DNA of 64,000 nt from a virus. Where the stretch lies: positions 13,537 to 77,536 of the IMG/VR virus record IMGVR_UViG_3300012952_000020; one strand, written 5' to 3'. Below, in pieces: positions 17,708 through 25,941 of the stretch; the first letter of the stretch is position 1; each line of letters opens with the position of its first letter. The notes beneath the pieces are model-generated. The model ran no database searches, had not been told where the DNA came from, and worked only from the letters and a program-made list of their open reading frames with translations. A program made the translations under genes and the position numbers.

Positions 17708-18256
17708 TCAATAAATCCTTGCACTGTTTTTGTCGTTCTCACGAACCTCAACTGAATGAAGCCACACGCGACCGCCTGTTTCCTGTAGAAGCCAGTCATC
17801 GACCCACTTCTTGACAAACTCACAGGTTCCTTCCATGCCCACATCCTCGTACACTACGAGTTTGCAAGCACCCTTGGATTCCAGTTCCCTAAACTGTGGT
17901 ATCAGCGGGTCGTCAGAATCCAAAAGCAACGTGTGATCGAACACGTCCTCCAGCCACGCTTTGACAGCCTTCAGTTTCCCGAAGTCCATAACGAAGCCGT
18001 TTTCTGTTCGCTCCTTGGCACGAAACCAAAAGGTGAAACTTCTGCTGTACCCATGCACCAAAGCACAATGGTCACTGTGCTTGTGGCGGCGATGAGCACA
18101 AGGAAAGTTCCTGAACGTCTTTGACGACTCTATCACTGGGTGGTCGCTTGACTCGCTTCTTTTGCCCGTCAGCCACATACCGAATCGCCTGCACTGCTTT
18201 TCGTACCATAACACCACCTTTGCGAGATCCCTCGCACTCTCCCTGTCGTGGACCAC
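17708..18256 (-). CDS. queD: 6-carboxy-5,6,7,8-tetrahydropterin synthase
   Basis: CAHR...HCALVHGYS, VMDFG, FDHTLL, VRENDKNSA. Start uncertain (GTG 18256 or GTG 18136). Confidence 0.9.
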   Translation of the reverse strand: MVHDRESARDLAKVVLWYEKQCRRFGMWLTGKRSESSDHPVIESSKTFRNFPCAHRRHKHSDHCALVHGYSRSFTFWFRAKERTENGFVMDFGKLKAVKAWLEDVFDHTLLLDSDDPLIPQFRELESKGACKLVVYEDVGMEGTCEFVKKWVDDWLLQETGGRVWLHSVEVRENDKNSARIY

Positions 18257-18260
18257 ATGA

Positions 18261-18569
18261 TCACCGCCCAACATGGACGTACACCTTGATGGCCGTCTTC
18301 TTGTCGGTTCCGACCATTTCATCGGAGAAGCCGCAGGTAAACCACAGGTCCAAGCCCGAGGTAGCTGCCATGCCCCTTCCGATAGCCATAGACTTCATCA
18401 TCTGGTTCACGGCACCTGCGCCGATTGCGATGAGTGAAACCTTTGCCCGCTCATTGATGTACTTCACCATAGCCCCCGCTACTGACGTAGCGTTGGAGCC
18501 TCCGGCTACACGTAGCGTGATCTCTTCCCCGCGCCTTGCGGGTTCTGCTCTATTTGGACTCGTCATCAT
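18261..18569 (-). CDS. spoVS: SpoVS-family (Alba-fold) protein
   Basis: LRVA..S...SVAGA.....AIGAGAVNQ..K..AI.RG signature. Confidence 0.9.
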   Translation of the reverse strand: MMTSPNRAEPARRGEEITLRVAGGSNATSVAGAMVKYINERAKVSLIAIGAGAVNQMMKSMAIGRGMAATSGLDLWFTCGFSDEMVGTDKKTAIKVYVHVGR

Positions 18570-19042
18570 GATCTCCCGTATTCAGACGTTCTTCGGGTTA
18601 GTTCCCTACTAATAGCCTGGTACTTCTTCTCGTAGCCCCAATGAAGGGCTGACAGGACTTTGAGGTCGGCACGAAGACGAGCAGCCTTTTTCTGCTTTGT
18701 CCTCACCGCTCTCGATGCGCCCGTCATGTGACGACGATCCGTAACCGTGGTTTCCGTAGACATGGAATACCGAGCATCAAACTCCTGCTCGGCTTCGACT
18801 GACGCGATGGTGGTCGCGCCGTCGAGTATTGAAACTTGAAACTGACTGTACGAAGCCATAGCCGCCCAATACGACAGGTGCTCGCCCAACTCGTCTGCGG
18901 AAATGTCTCCCAATGACTCGGGAAAAGACTTCACATCCTTGGGTCGATCCGGCACGGGCATCCCCGCTGCCTTGGCTATTGCCACTGCCCTATCGTGCTC
19001 GCCTTCTACGAAAGCTGCCGCTATGTCCGATACAGTCGTCAC
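18566..19042 (-). CDS. hypothetical coiled-coil protein
   Basis: 158 aa helical ORF, coupled to neighbours. Confidence 0.7.
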   Translation of the reverse strand: MTTVSDIAAAFVEGEHDRAVAIAKAAGMPVPDRPKDVKSFPESLGDISADELGEHLSYWAAMASYSQFQVSILDGATTIASVEAEQEFDARYSMSTETTVTDRRHMTGASRAVRTKQKKAARLRADLKVLSALHWGYEKKYQAISRELTRRTSEYGRS

Positions 19043-19278
19043 TATCTTTTCTCCCTTCGTGGGTCATTCGCATTGAGGTATTCCAAAGACACGCCGAGAA
19101 GGTCATACCAACGGTTGACCTCGTACATATCGCCCTTTCGTAGTGCGCCTTGCAACTCAGTTATCCTGCTTTGCGCCTCAATGGTTTCGTCCTTGAACGC
19201 ACCATCACGCTTCCGCTTTGTCGGCTGCCGCTTGTCTGCGCTGAACGCTCCACTGTATCCATTCGATGTACTACTCAT
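19042..19278 (-). CDS. hypothetical protein
   Basis: Short coupled ORF. Confidence 0.55.
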   Translation of the reverse strand: MSSTSNGYSGAFSADKRQPTKRKRDGAFKDETIEAQSRITELQGALRKGDMYEVNRWYDLLGVSLEYLNANDPRREKR

Positions 19279-20257
19279 CACAACCTCTCACGCCACTTGC
19301 TTCAACCCAACCTTGTCTACCAGCTCCAAGTTCCCAACACGCAGAAACACCTTGGCACCGCTTGGCACGTTCTGACCTTGGGGTTTTGCACTCGGGGATT
19401 CTGACAGGGAGTTCCTCTTTTGCCAAAGCCTCTCTGTACTCGTCAATGCGAGCGTACAGACCAGCCAGCACCTCGGGATTGGTATTGCTCCAATAGTGCT
19501 TCTCAACACTGGTGTTCTTGTTGACGTAGATATTCCAGCCGCCTGTTGGCTTCTGGATTTCCTTGGGCCAACCCGGATTGAACGTGCCGTCCACGGTCAG
19601 GTTGGTTGGAACGCCTGACAGATACAACTGCAACTGTCGAGCGTGGGTGACTTTCGGCTCCTGTAGGAACCCGAACCCACGGTCGTTGATGGACTTGACC
19701 TCAACCAAAGCCGTAGACCCATCCTCCAATACGATGATGCCATCGCAGTGACCGCCGATGTTGTATTCCTCATTCCACATGGCGGGTTCCACGTAGGTCC
19801 AATCTGGACCCGGCATGAACCCAATCACAGGTTCCGGCATCTTGCCCATTACAAGAGCGTCCATCAGTGCCGTTTCGCCCGGAACCCACTTGCCCCACAG
19901 AAGACCTGCGGGACCGAGTACCTTGTGCTGGTACATCCAATGAACGCCGTGACCCATGTTGAAGATCCTCATCAACCGTGGGTCAGGATAATCCTTCCCT
20001 CCAAGCAACGAAGCCCCTGCTCCACCCTTTGATTCGGGCTTCGACAGATGCGCCAGTGCCTTGAAGCGTGGACACAACCCGCTGCTCACCTCGGATGGGT
20101 GAAACACGTCCTTGTCGTGCCAATCGGGATCGAACTTGGGTGCTCTCGCTGCACGAAGCAGGTGAGTGTCCAAAGTTTGAACTATAGAGTCCGGCTCGCC
20201 TACTTTATCGGCTGTAGCCTTGACCTTCCTAATAAGGTCTTTCAGTGCCATTGTCAT
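19271..20257 (-). CDS. Cas4-like PD-(D/E)XK exonuclease
   Basis: HPSE...CPR, G..VH, GHCDG, VEVKS, QLQLY, three C-terminal Cys. Confidence 0.85.
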   Translation of the reverse strand: MTMALKDLIRKVKATADKVGEPDSIVQTLDTHLLRAARAPKFDPDWHDKDVFHPSEVSSGLCPRFKALAHLSKPESKGGAGASLLGGKDYPDPRLMRIFNMGHGVHWMYQHKVLGPAGLLWGKWVPGETALMDALVMGKMPEPVIGFMPGPDWTYVEPAMWNEEYNIGGHCDGIIVLEDGSTALVEVKSINDRGFGFLQEPKVTHARQLQLYLSGVPTNLTVDGTFNPGWPKEIQKPTGGWNIYVNKNTSVEKHYWSNTNPEVLAGLYARIDEYREALAKEELPVRIPECKTPRSERAKRCQGVSACWELGAGRQGWVEASGVRGCDE

Positions 20258-20308
20258 TCTCCGTGTCTGATACTGTGTCTAATAGAGCGTGACTGTGAAA
20301 ATACAGTA

Positions 20309-20331
20309 TTACGCCCAACTTGGTTTGTCAA
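20309..20331 (-). promoter_or_regulatory. putative promoter -35 element and spacer (TTGACA-17 bp-TACTGT)
   Basis: Intergenic TTGACAAAC motif heading the nuclease/modification operon; -10-like hexamer at 20303-20308. Confidence 0.5.
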
Positions 20332-20352
20332 GATCCTTGTGAACATAGGACA

Positions 20353-20382
20353 AGCCCCGCCCCTCTTTCAAGGGACGGAGCC
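20353..20382 (-). terminator. GC-rich hairpin, possible terminator
   Basis: GGCTCCGTCCCT-TGAAAG-AGGGGCGGGGCT just after the stop; weak U tract. Confidence 0.4.
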
Positions 20383-20390
20383 TCTAACTG

Positions 20391-20741
20391 TCACAGGGTG
20401 CGCTTCTCCGTGTGCTTATTGTACGCATCGAAGCTAACGTCGAGCCAAAGATCCTGCGCTGGTGGGATGCCCTCCTTGAACCTGCGAGCGGGTTTCACGT
20501 CCGGCTTGACTGCAATCAGCCATTGGGTTCGGAGGTGACTATCTACTCGCCTGCCTGCCACATGGTCGTGGGGCATGGACATTTGAAGGAGGTGTACTCC
20601 ATCCGGGTCGAGGACTGCTGCCAGCTTGTCGATGCAAGCCGAACGATTCCTCGATTGACCTGCCTGCGAATCAAACGCAGCGTCCTTCGCCAACGCTAAA
20701 ATGCCTTCTGTGGTTGTTACCACGCACGTCTTCGGTTTCAT
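20391..20741 (-). CDS. hypothetical protein
   Basis: 116 aa, AGGAG RBS. Confidence 0.65.
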   Translation of the reverse strand: MKPKTCVVTTTEGILALAKDAAFDSQAGQSRNRSACIDKLAAVLDPDGVHLLQMSMPHDHVAGRRVDSHLRTQWLIAVKPDVKPARRFKEGIPPAQDLWLDVSFDAYNKHTEKRTL

Positions 20742-20750
20742 CCGTTTCTC

Positions 20751-21779
20751 CTATGCTGCCGCACGCCAGAACGAATCCGGCTTGGTGATGAGAGAACCAC
20801 CGAACCGTTCGATCTCCAGACGGTCGTCGTAACTCTCGACGTTCTGTGCAGCCCGTGTAAACGCATTGATGATCCCGAACCGATTGTCCTCCGGTTCCGC
20901 GTTGAAGGCAAGCAGCACGGCATCCGTCGCACGCTTGCTGTACTTGGACTTCTTCGTCAGCTTGCGAATAACGTCTTCCGGCTTCTCGATCTTTTCCTCT
21001 CGGGACTTCAACATGCGGTCCAACAACTGATCGCCACTGCGGAAGGCGTAGTTGATAGACTGTGTGAGCGCATACTTCACGTAGTCCACGTTCACATGCT
21101 GGTGCCGTTGACGAATCATCCTGTCCACGACAACCTGTGCGTCGTTGGTACAGGACTGACGGAAGATGAACGGTTCGCATGAGAGCATACGAGCACCGAC
21201 CTCCGAGTTGCCGATGGTGAACCCAACCTTCAACTCCATTCCGTTGCCGCCCGGTGACGGGTCTGGAATCGACAGGTCATCGCACGTCACCTTCAAGTAG
21301 AACTGCTTGTCCGATACCGAGTAGCTACGGATGGTGTGCGAGAACTTGCCCTCGGTGAGATCGTGTACGATTCCCACTATGTCCTTGTCATCAATGACCG
21401 AGTAGGAATCAGACAAGAACCCACGAACGGCACGACCTTTGGCTCGCACCAGAAAGTTGGAGGACTTGCGACTGGTCATCGCCCGACTGGTCATCTGCGC
21501 CAACCCGTGATTGAGCATAGCGTCCGACAACGCAGGCTTGGTGTCCCTGACCTTTCGGTAGTACCCGACCGGAACATCCATCCGACCGCAAACCTGACCC
21601 TCGGCATGTTCGGTCAACGCAAAGTGCTTGAACTGCTGTGGGCCTTGGGGCGAAGCCGTTACCAACTCACCCTCCTTGAATGTCATGTCCAATGCCTTGG
21701 ACTCAAAATCGAACTTGTGGGTGTCGTTCGACTTGATTGAAGCGGCTACGGTTTCCCATGAGCCTGATCCGTAATACAT
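20751..21779 (-). CDS. DUF932-like domain protein
   Basis: LT.HA..Q.C....P..YY, LVR....RGFLSD.Y, GF..GNSEVG.....P...R..CTN; start at ATG 21779. Confidence 0.7.
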   Translation of the reverse strand: MYYGSGSWETVAASIKSNDTHKFDFESKALDMTFKEGELVTASPQGPQQFKHFALTEHAEGQVCGRMDVPVGYYRKVRDTKPALSDAMLNHGLAQMTSRAMTSRKSSNFLVRAKGRAVRGFLSDSYSVIDDKDIVGIVHDLTEGKFSHTIRSYSVSDKQFYLKVTCDDLSIPDPSPGGNGMELKVGFTIGNSEVGARMLSCEPFIFRQSCTNDAQVVVDRMIRQRHQHVNVDYVKYALTQSINYAFRSGDQLLDRMLKSREEKIEKPEDVIRKLTKKSKYSKRATDAVLLAFNAEPEDNRFGIINAFTRAAQNVESYDDRLEIERFGGSLITKPDSFWRAAA

Positions 21780-21911
21780 ATCTATCTCCTGTGTCTTATG
21801 ACGTGACTGGTTCAGTTTTGACGGGTTTGTCAATAACCGATGCCCGAAGGCGTGTGGGCTTTCCACCCCACTCGAAGGCTTGGTACAGGTGCCTCGAACC
21901 TGTTTGGCTGA

Positions 21912-22859
21912 TTAGCCGTTGACGACCATCGCCTCGTCAGCCTCCTCCGACTCCTCACCGTCGTCGAAGTCACTGGCTCCCTCTGCGTCATACGCATCGA
22001 CCATGTACTCGAACACTTGGTTGAGGTGCTGGAGGTCATCGACGGGGAGCGAAAGCCAGTCAATCGCACGAACCGCTTGGATCGACAATCCCGACAACTT
22101 CTCGTCCGTCACGCCCTTGGCGATGAGGTCACACAGGGACGTGAGGATGGACGCCGCGATCTCCGTGGGGTTCACATCATCCACGTCATCCGCTTCGACC
22201 ATGTCGTCCTCAAGATCCTCGTCGTCCAGCGCCTCGGGGTTGTTCGCCGCATCAATGCGTGCCAACTCCTTGTCCACCAGATCCGACAACTTGGTGACGG
22301 TAAGCCCAGCGGCAATATCAATGAACCGCTCCTGCTTGTCCTCGGGCAACTCGGAAATCTTCCGAGCCTGATTCACAGTGACACGTTCTTCGGCAACCGC
22401 CTGCTGAACGTCCTCGCTGTACTCCAGAAGTGCGAGCCGCTGCGTGTACAGCGTCTTGCTCCAACCGAGGGACTCGATGACTTCCTTCTCAAGCATCCCG
22501 GCGTCCAGAAGACGACGAGCACCGTGAGACTCTTCCATCGGGTTGAGGTTTCGACGAGTCACGTTCTCCTGCAAGTTGAGCAGAATCAACGCTCCCGCGT
22601 CCGTCTTGGTGGGGTACACCATAGCCGGTACGGACTCGACGCCGATCTCGGTTGCCGCTGCAAAGCGACGGAATCCGTAGACCAGAGCGTACTTGCCGCC
22701 CCGCTTCTTCTGGACACCGATGGGGGTCTGGACTCCGATGCTCCCGATGGAAGCAACGAGATCGCTCACGTCACCCACTTCGGTACGAGCGTTGAAGCCC
22801 GAATCCACTTTGATGTCACTAAGGTTGATGGTTTCCTGTACTGGATTGATTGTAGCCAT
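21912..22859 (-). CDS. ParB/Spo0J-family protein
   Basis: FNAR, SI...GVQTPI.V, LVYGFRRFAA, LQEN..RRNLNPMEE, HTH, acidic tail. Confidence 0.9.
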   Translation of the reverse strand: MATINPVQETINLSDIKVDSGFNARTEVGDVSDLVASIGSIGVQTPIGVQKKRGGKYALVYGFRRFAAATEIGVESVPAMVYPTKTDAGALILLNLQENVTRRNLNPMEESHGARRLLDAGMLEKEVIESLGWSKTLYTQRLALLEYSEDVQQAVAEERVTVNQARKISELPEDKQERFIDIAAGLTVTKLSDLVDKELARIDAANNPEALDDEDLEDDMVEADDVDDVNPTEIAASILTSLCDLIAKGVTDEKLSGLSIQAVRAIDWLSLPVDDLQHLNQVFEYMVDAYDAEGASDFDDGEESEEADEAMVVNG

Positions 22860-22876
22860 GTCGGTCTACTCCTATG

Positions 22877-23581
22877 TCAAGTGCCTTTCAATCGGCACGG
22901 TGTCGTGTGAGCCTGTTGTCTAAACAGTTTCTCGTGACGAACGACCTCGGAAGGGTTGTTCGCCAGCCCGCTTACGTGAATGACGGCCCACATGCCATCC
23001 TCGTTTACGAGCACTTCTGACTCCGACAGACTCAAGCCTTGACTATCAAGACTCTCGGCAAGCCTGCCCTCGTCCACTTCTGGACCGAACGCCTTTCCCA
23101 ACGGTGCTCGGTCAAACACAATGAGCCTGTGAATCGACTTGCCCATCCAAGGCTTCCATCGACCCACCGAAACCTCCTTACCAAACTCGGCTCGTAGCTT
23201 GGTTCTCACTAACATTGACACTCGCCCAACCTCCCAAGCGAACTCCGTATTCGCTACGGGTGTAGGCACTTCTACACTCTTGTCCTTTCGGACTGCGATT
23301 AGCGTTTCACTAACGCGAACGCTGTCGTACTGACCTTCTACCGAAACACGCATTTGAACTCGCCCTCCAGTTTTTATCAGCCTGCTGACCAGCACTTCTT
23401 GCCTATTCCGTTCAACAGCGACTTGCGTGATCAACATGTCGATCATGTCATTACGCATTGTCGCTGGTGTATCAGATGAGTACGCGAACTGCCTTAGCAC
23501 TTCTACCGAAGCCTTGGGATGGCCTCGGTCTTTCAACCACGTCCGAATGAAACGCCACCGCACTTGTCGGCTGCCCTTCAT
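22877..23581 (-). CDS. hypothetical protein
   Basis: Start moved to ATG 23581 because the track's TTG start lies in the -35 box. Confidence 0.65.
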   Translation of the reverse strand: MKGSRQVRWRFIRTWLKDRGHPKASVEVLRQFAYSSDTPATMRNDMIDMLITQVAVERNRQEVLVSRLIKTGGRVQMRVSVEGQYDSVRVSETLIAVRKDKSVEVPTPVANTEFAWEVGRVSMLVRTKLRAEFGKEVSVGRWKPWMGKSIHRLIVFDRAPLGKAFGPEVDEGRLAESLDSQGLSLSESEVLVNEDGMWAVIHVSGLANNPSEVVRHEKLFRQQAHTTPCRLKGT

Positions 23582-23609
23582 GTCTTCTCGCTTTGTTGAA
23601 TGTAAATAC

Positions 23610-23638
23610 ATTATATCAAGAAAACTGGGGTTTGTCAA
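23610..23638 (-). promoter_or_regulatory. consensus sigma70 promoter
   Basis: TTGACA-17 bp-TATAAT, perfect consensus. Confidence 0.9.
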
Positions 23639-23670
23639 GTACCTTGTTTTACTTGGGTTACTGGGTCAAA

Positions 23671-24198
23671 TCACGTAACCATAAGAGAACACTGGGGAAA
23701 TCGCCTGTAGACGTTGAACCCTGCGTGTGCCGGTTTGAAGACCAAGATGGCACTGCCTTTGGGTGCTCCGGCAACAGGTTCACCTGTGTCGGGGTGCAGG
23801 AACTTGACTCGTCCTGTGATGAATCGAACCTCTGTCATCCGAGGCCAAGCCTTTGCCCACCACAACGTGTCGGTGCAAGCTGACACAAGGACTACCACGG
23901 TAGATCCGAAACAAGCCTCCTTGTACGCACGGCGAACCCATCTGCCTACCTCCTTACCATACGGAGGGTTCAGCCAAATGGCTCCACCGTCACTCTGCTT
24001 CGCCCACTCCCCAAGGGGCTTAGACAATGCGTCATCCTCTTTAGTGAAGTACCTATCGCACTTGTGGTTACTGTCCGACGCTGCTGCGTCGAGCGTGAAA
24101 TGGAACTCGCCATCCAGCTTCTTGAACAGGCCCAATGGCGTAGCCCAATCCATACGGTCGCTACTATGTATGACCGACCACTTGTCCGATTTCTCCAC
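23671..24198 (-). CDS. phage DNA N6-adenine methyltransferase
   Basis: DWATP..F..LD.EF.FTLDAAAS, IWLNPPYG, RF..GR.KF. Confidence 0.92.
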   Translation of the reverse strand: MEKSDKWSVIHSSDRMDWATPLGLFKKLDGEFHFTLDAAASDSNHKCDRYFTKEDDALSKPLGEWAKQSDGGAIWLNPPYGKEVGRWVRRAYKEACFGSTVVVLVSACTDTLWWAKAWPRMTEVRFITGRVKFLHPDTGEPVAGAPKGSAILVFKPAHAGFNVYRRFPQCSLMVT

Positions 24199-24770
24199 TA
24201 TTCCTCCTCACCGAGCCACGCTTGAAACACGGGACCAACCTCTGGACAGTCATCGCTACTGTGGTGCGGCTTGAAGTCCCGTTGCCTTGACCTGTCGGGG
24301 ATGCTGTACGATCCCGTTTTCTCCTTAACCTTTTTCATCGTCGCTTCATCCGAGGACACCATGCGCCCATCGTTGAACCCGAAAGGCATCGCCACACCCG
24401 GCTCCAATACCCACAAGTGGTACTGGTTAGCCAAGTCGGTCATACGAGACTCAGCCGGAAACAACTCTACGCCTTCGCAAGTCGTCCCGCACAACTCGTT
24501 TTTGATCCTTTGGAGGTCGCGCCAATCACGGATGGTTGTACGCTCATGGGTCTTGATGGACAGGTGTACCATCTTCGGCATCTCCAAACCCTCGTTGGCT
24601 TCCTGCCTGTAGACGAACACCTGATAGAGACTGTTTACCCAAGTCTCCTTGGTGTCCACCCTCGGATCGCCTGTGTGAGTTATCGGAGTCCCGCGAGTGA
24701 ACGGGGTCCACTTCGTCAGCAGGTTCCTCGCCTTCGCTTTCGCCTTCTTCCTTCTGCCATATCCAGACAT
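24198..24770 (-). CDS. conserved phage hypothetical protein
   Basis: HLSI.....WRDLQRIKNE..G....VE.FP.ESR..D.AN.YHLW pattern; start at 24770. Confidence 0.75.
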   Translation of the reverse strand: MSGYGRRKKAKAKARNLLTKWTPFTRGTPITHTGDPRVDTKETWVNSLYQVFVYRQEANEGLEMPKMVHLSIKTHERTTIRDWRDLQRIKNELCGTTCEGVELFPAESRMTDLANQYHLWVLEPGVAMPFGFNDGRMVSSDEATMKKVKEKTGSYSIPDRSRQRDFKPHHSSDDCPEVGPVFQAWLGEEE

Positions 24771-24822
24771 GTCTTCTTCCTTATCTTGTGCCGTGTCATG
24801 TTTTGCCTTGTTTGTCAATCTC

Positions 24823-25563
24823 CTAACACCCGTCAGGTGTAAGGTCACGAAGCCTCCGAGTCATTGACTCTACTCTGGAGGTGTACGTTTCATTGTCCAC
24901 GCACCTGTTACCCTGATTGTAGTGACAGATGCCTTTCCTTCTGTCCCGTAGTCTACGGATGAACCTCGCACATACGCCTGCGGAATACTCTACGCTTTGT
25001 AGCTCCGCGCACTCGTCAGCGACGGTCCTTCCAGAATCTCGTAGCCAACTCCGATTGCCGGTGTAGCCATACGAATACTTTGCCTGCTGTTGAAACATCC
25101 CGCACGACCTTCCTTGGTCGCCAGTGACGTTCTCCGTCCACCGGCTCTCGACATACCCAACTGCTGCCAGTTCGTATACGTCAACACCTTCGTACAAGGC
25201 TGCGAGGATCATCGCCGCTGCGAACCTGCGAGCGTCCTCCAACTCCAACCTCGGTTGGACCTCCTGCATGGCGTTAGCCAAATAGTACACGTAGTCCCTG
25301 ACTCCTGCCTCATGTGCAGGGATGGACGTGTCTACGCAGCACTCTGGACACTTAGCACAGTGGTCCTCGACGTAGCGTTGATGCCAGTTCTCCTGCTCCG
25401 GGTCAGGCTCCGGTTCGGAAACTGGTTCCGAGGTGGGTGCCTCTGTGGTCGGTTCGGGAGGACTCTCCGGTTCCTCGCCTCCGCAACTGCCAAGGTAGCT
25501 AATGATGCCTACCGTCAACCCTGTCACTATTCCGTACACAAAGTACCGTGCTATCGCCTTCAT
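24823..25563 (-). CDS. membrane-anchored lytic transglycosylase (SLT-like)
   Basis: N-terminal TM, Pro/Glu linker, AV.YVESRW, GD...SCG.FQ, HYNQG. Confidence 0.75.
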   Translation of the reverse strand: MKAIARYFVYGIVTGLTVGIISYLGSCGGEEPESPPEPTTEAPTSEPVSEPEPDPEQENWHQRYVEDHCAKCPECCVDTSIPAHEAGVRDYVYYLANAMQEVQPRLELEDARRFAAAMILAALYEGVDVYELAAVGYVESRWTENVTGDQGRSCGMFQQQAKYSYGYTGNRSWLRDSGRTVADECAELQSVEYSAGVCARFIRRLRDRRKGICHYNQGNRCVDNETYTSRVESMTRRLRDLTPDGC

Positions 25564-25941
25564 CTAATCCTCCATAATCTCCTTCAGCACCGAGAGCGGC
25601 ATGAGCACCCAGTCCTTTTCTACATGGTTTGGTAAAGCCTCCAGAGTCACAACCATACAAGGCTTCTTGCCCGCCTTGTACGCCTCCCTGTTTACTTTAC
25701 GAATCAAGGATTCCGTCACCGTGAAACGGTCCTTGTTTGTCAACTTCGCTTCTATCAACAACCCTTCGGTTTGAACGTCACCCTTCTTTGAACCGAAAGG
25801 TGTCGCTCCCGAGTTGGGCGTGACTGTACCACGGACTTCCTTGGCTACTCGCCGTTCTTGCCTCTGGCTTCGATGACGATTGACCTTGGATTCTTCCTCA
25901 TCCCACATACGGGGCTTGGGTGTCTTGTCTCCGAGACTCAC
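25564..25941 (-). CDS. PD-(D/E)XK Holliday junction resolvase-like endonuclease
   Basis: QERRVAK...G...PNSGA...KGDV....LIEAK. Confidence 0.75.
   Translation of the reverse strand: MSLGDKTPKPRMWDEEESKVNRHRSQRQERRVAKEVRGTVTPNSGATPFGSKKGDVQTEGLLIEAKLTNKDRFTVTESLIRKVNREAYKAGKKPCMVVTLEALPNHVEKDWVLMPLSVLKEIMED

Noticed and set aside
15463-18256. folE/queD/queE as auxiliary genes for host tRNA queuosine or folate synthesis
   Set aside because: No queC, queF or queA is present, and a DpdA-like transglycosylase and DpdL-like protein are in the same cluster, favouring DNA modification (not formally excluded)
19271-20257. Cas4-like gene as evidence of a CRISPR-Cas system
   Set aside because: No repeat-spacer array or other cas genes seen; stand-alone Cas4-like nucleases are common in phage recombination modules
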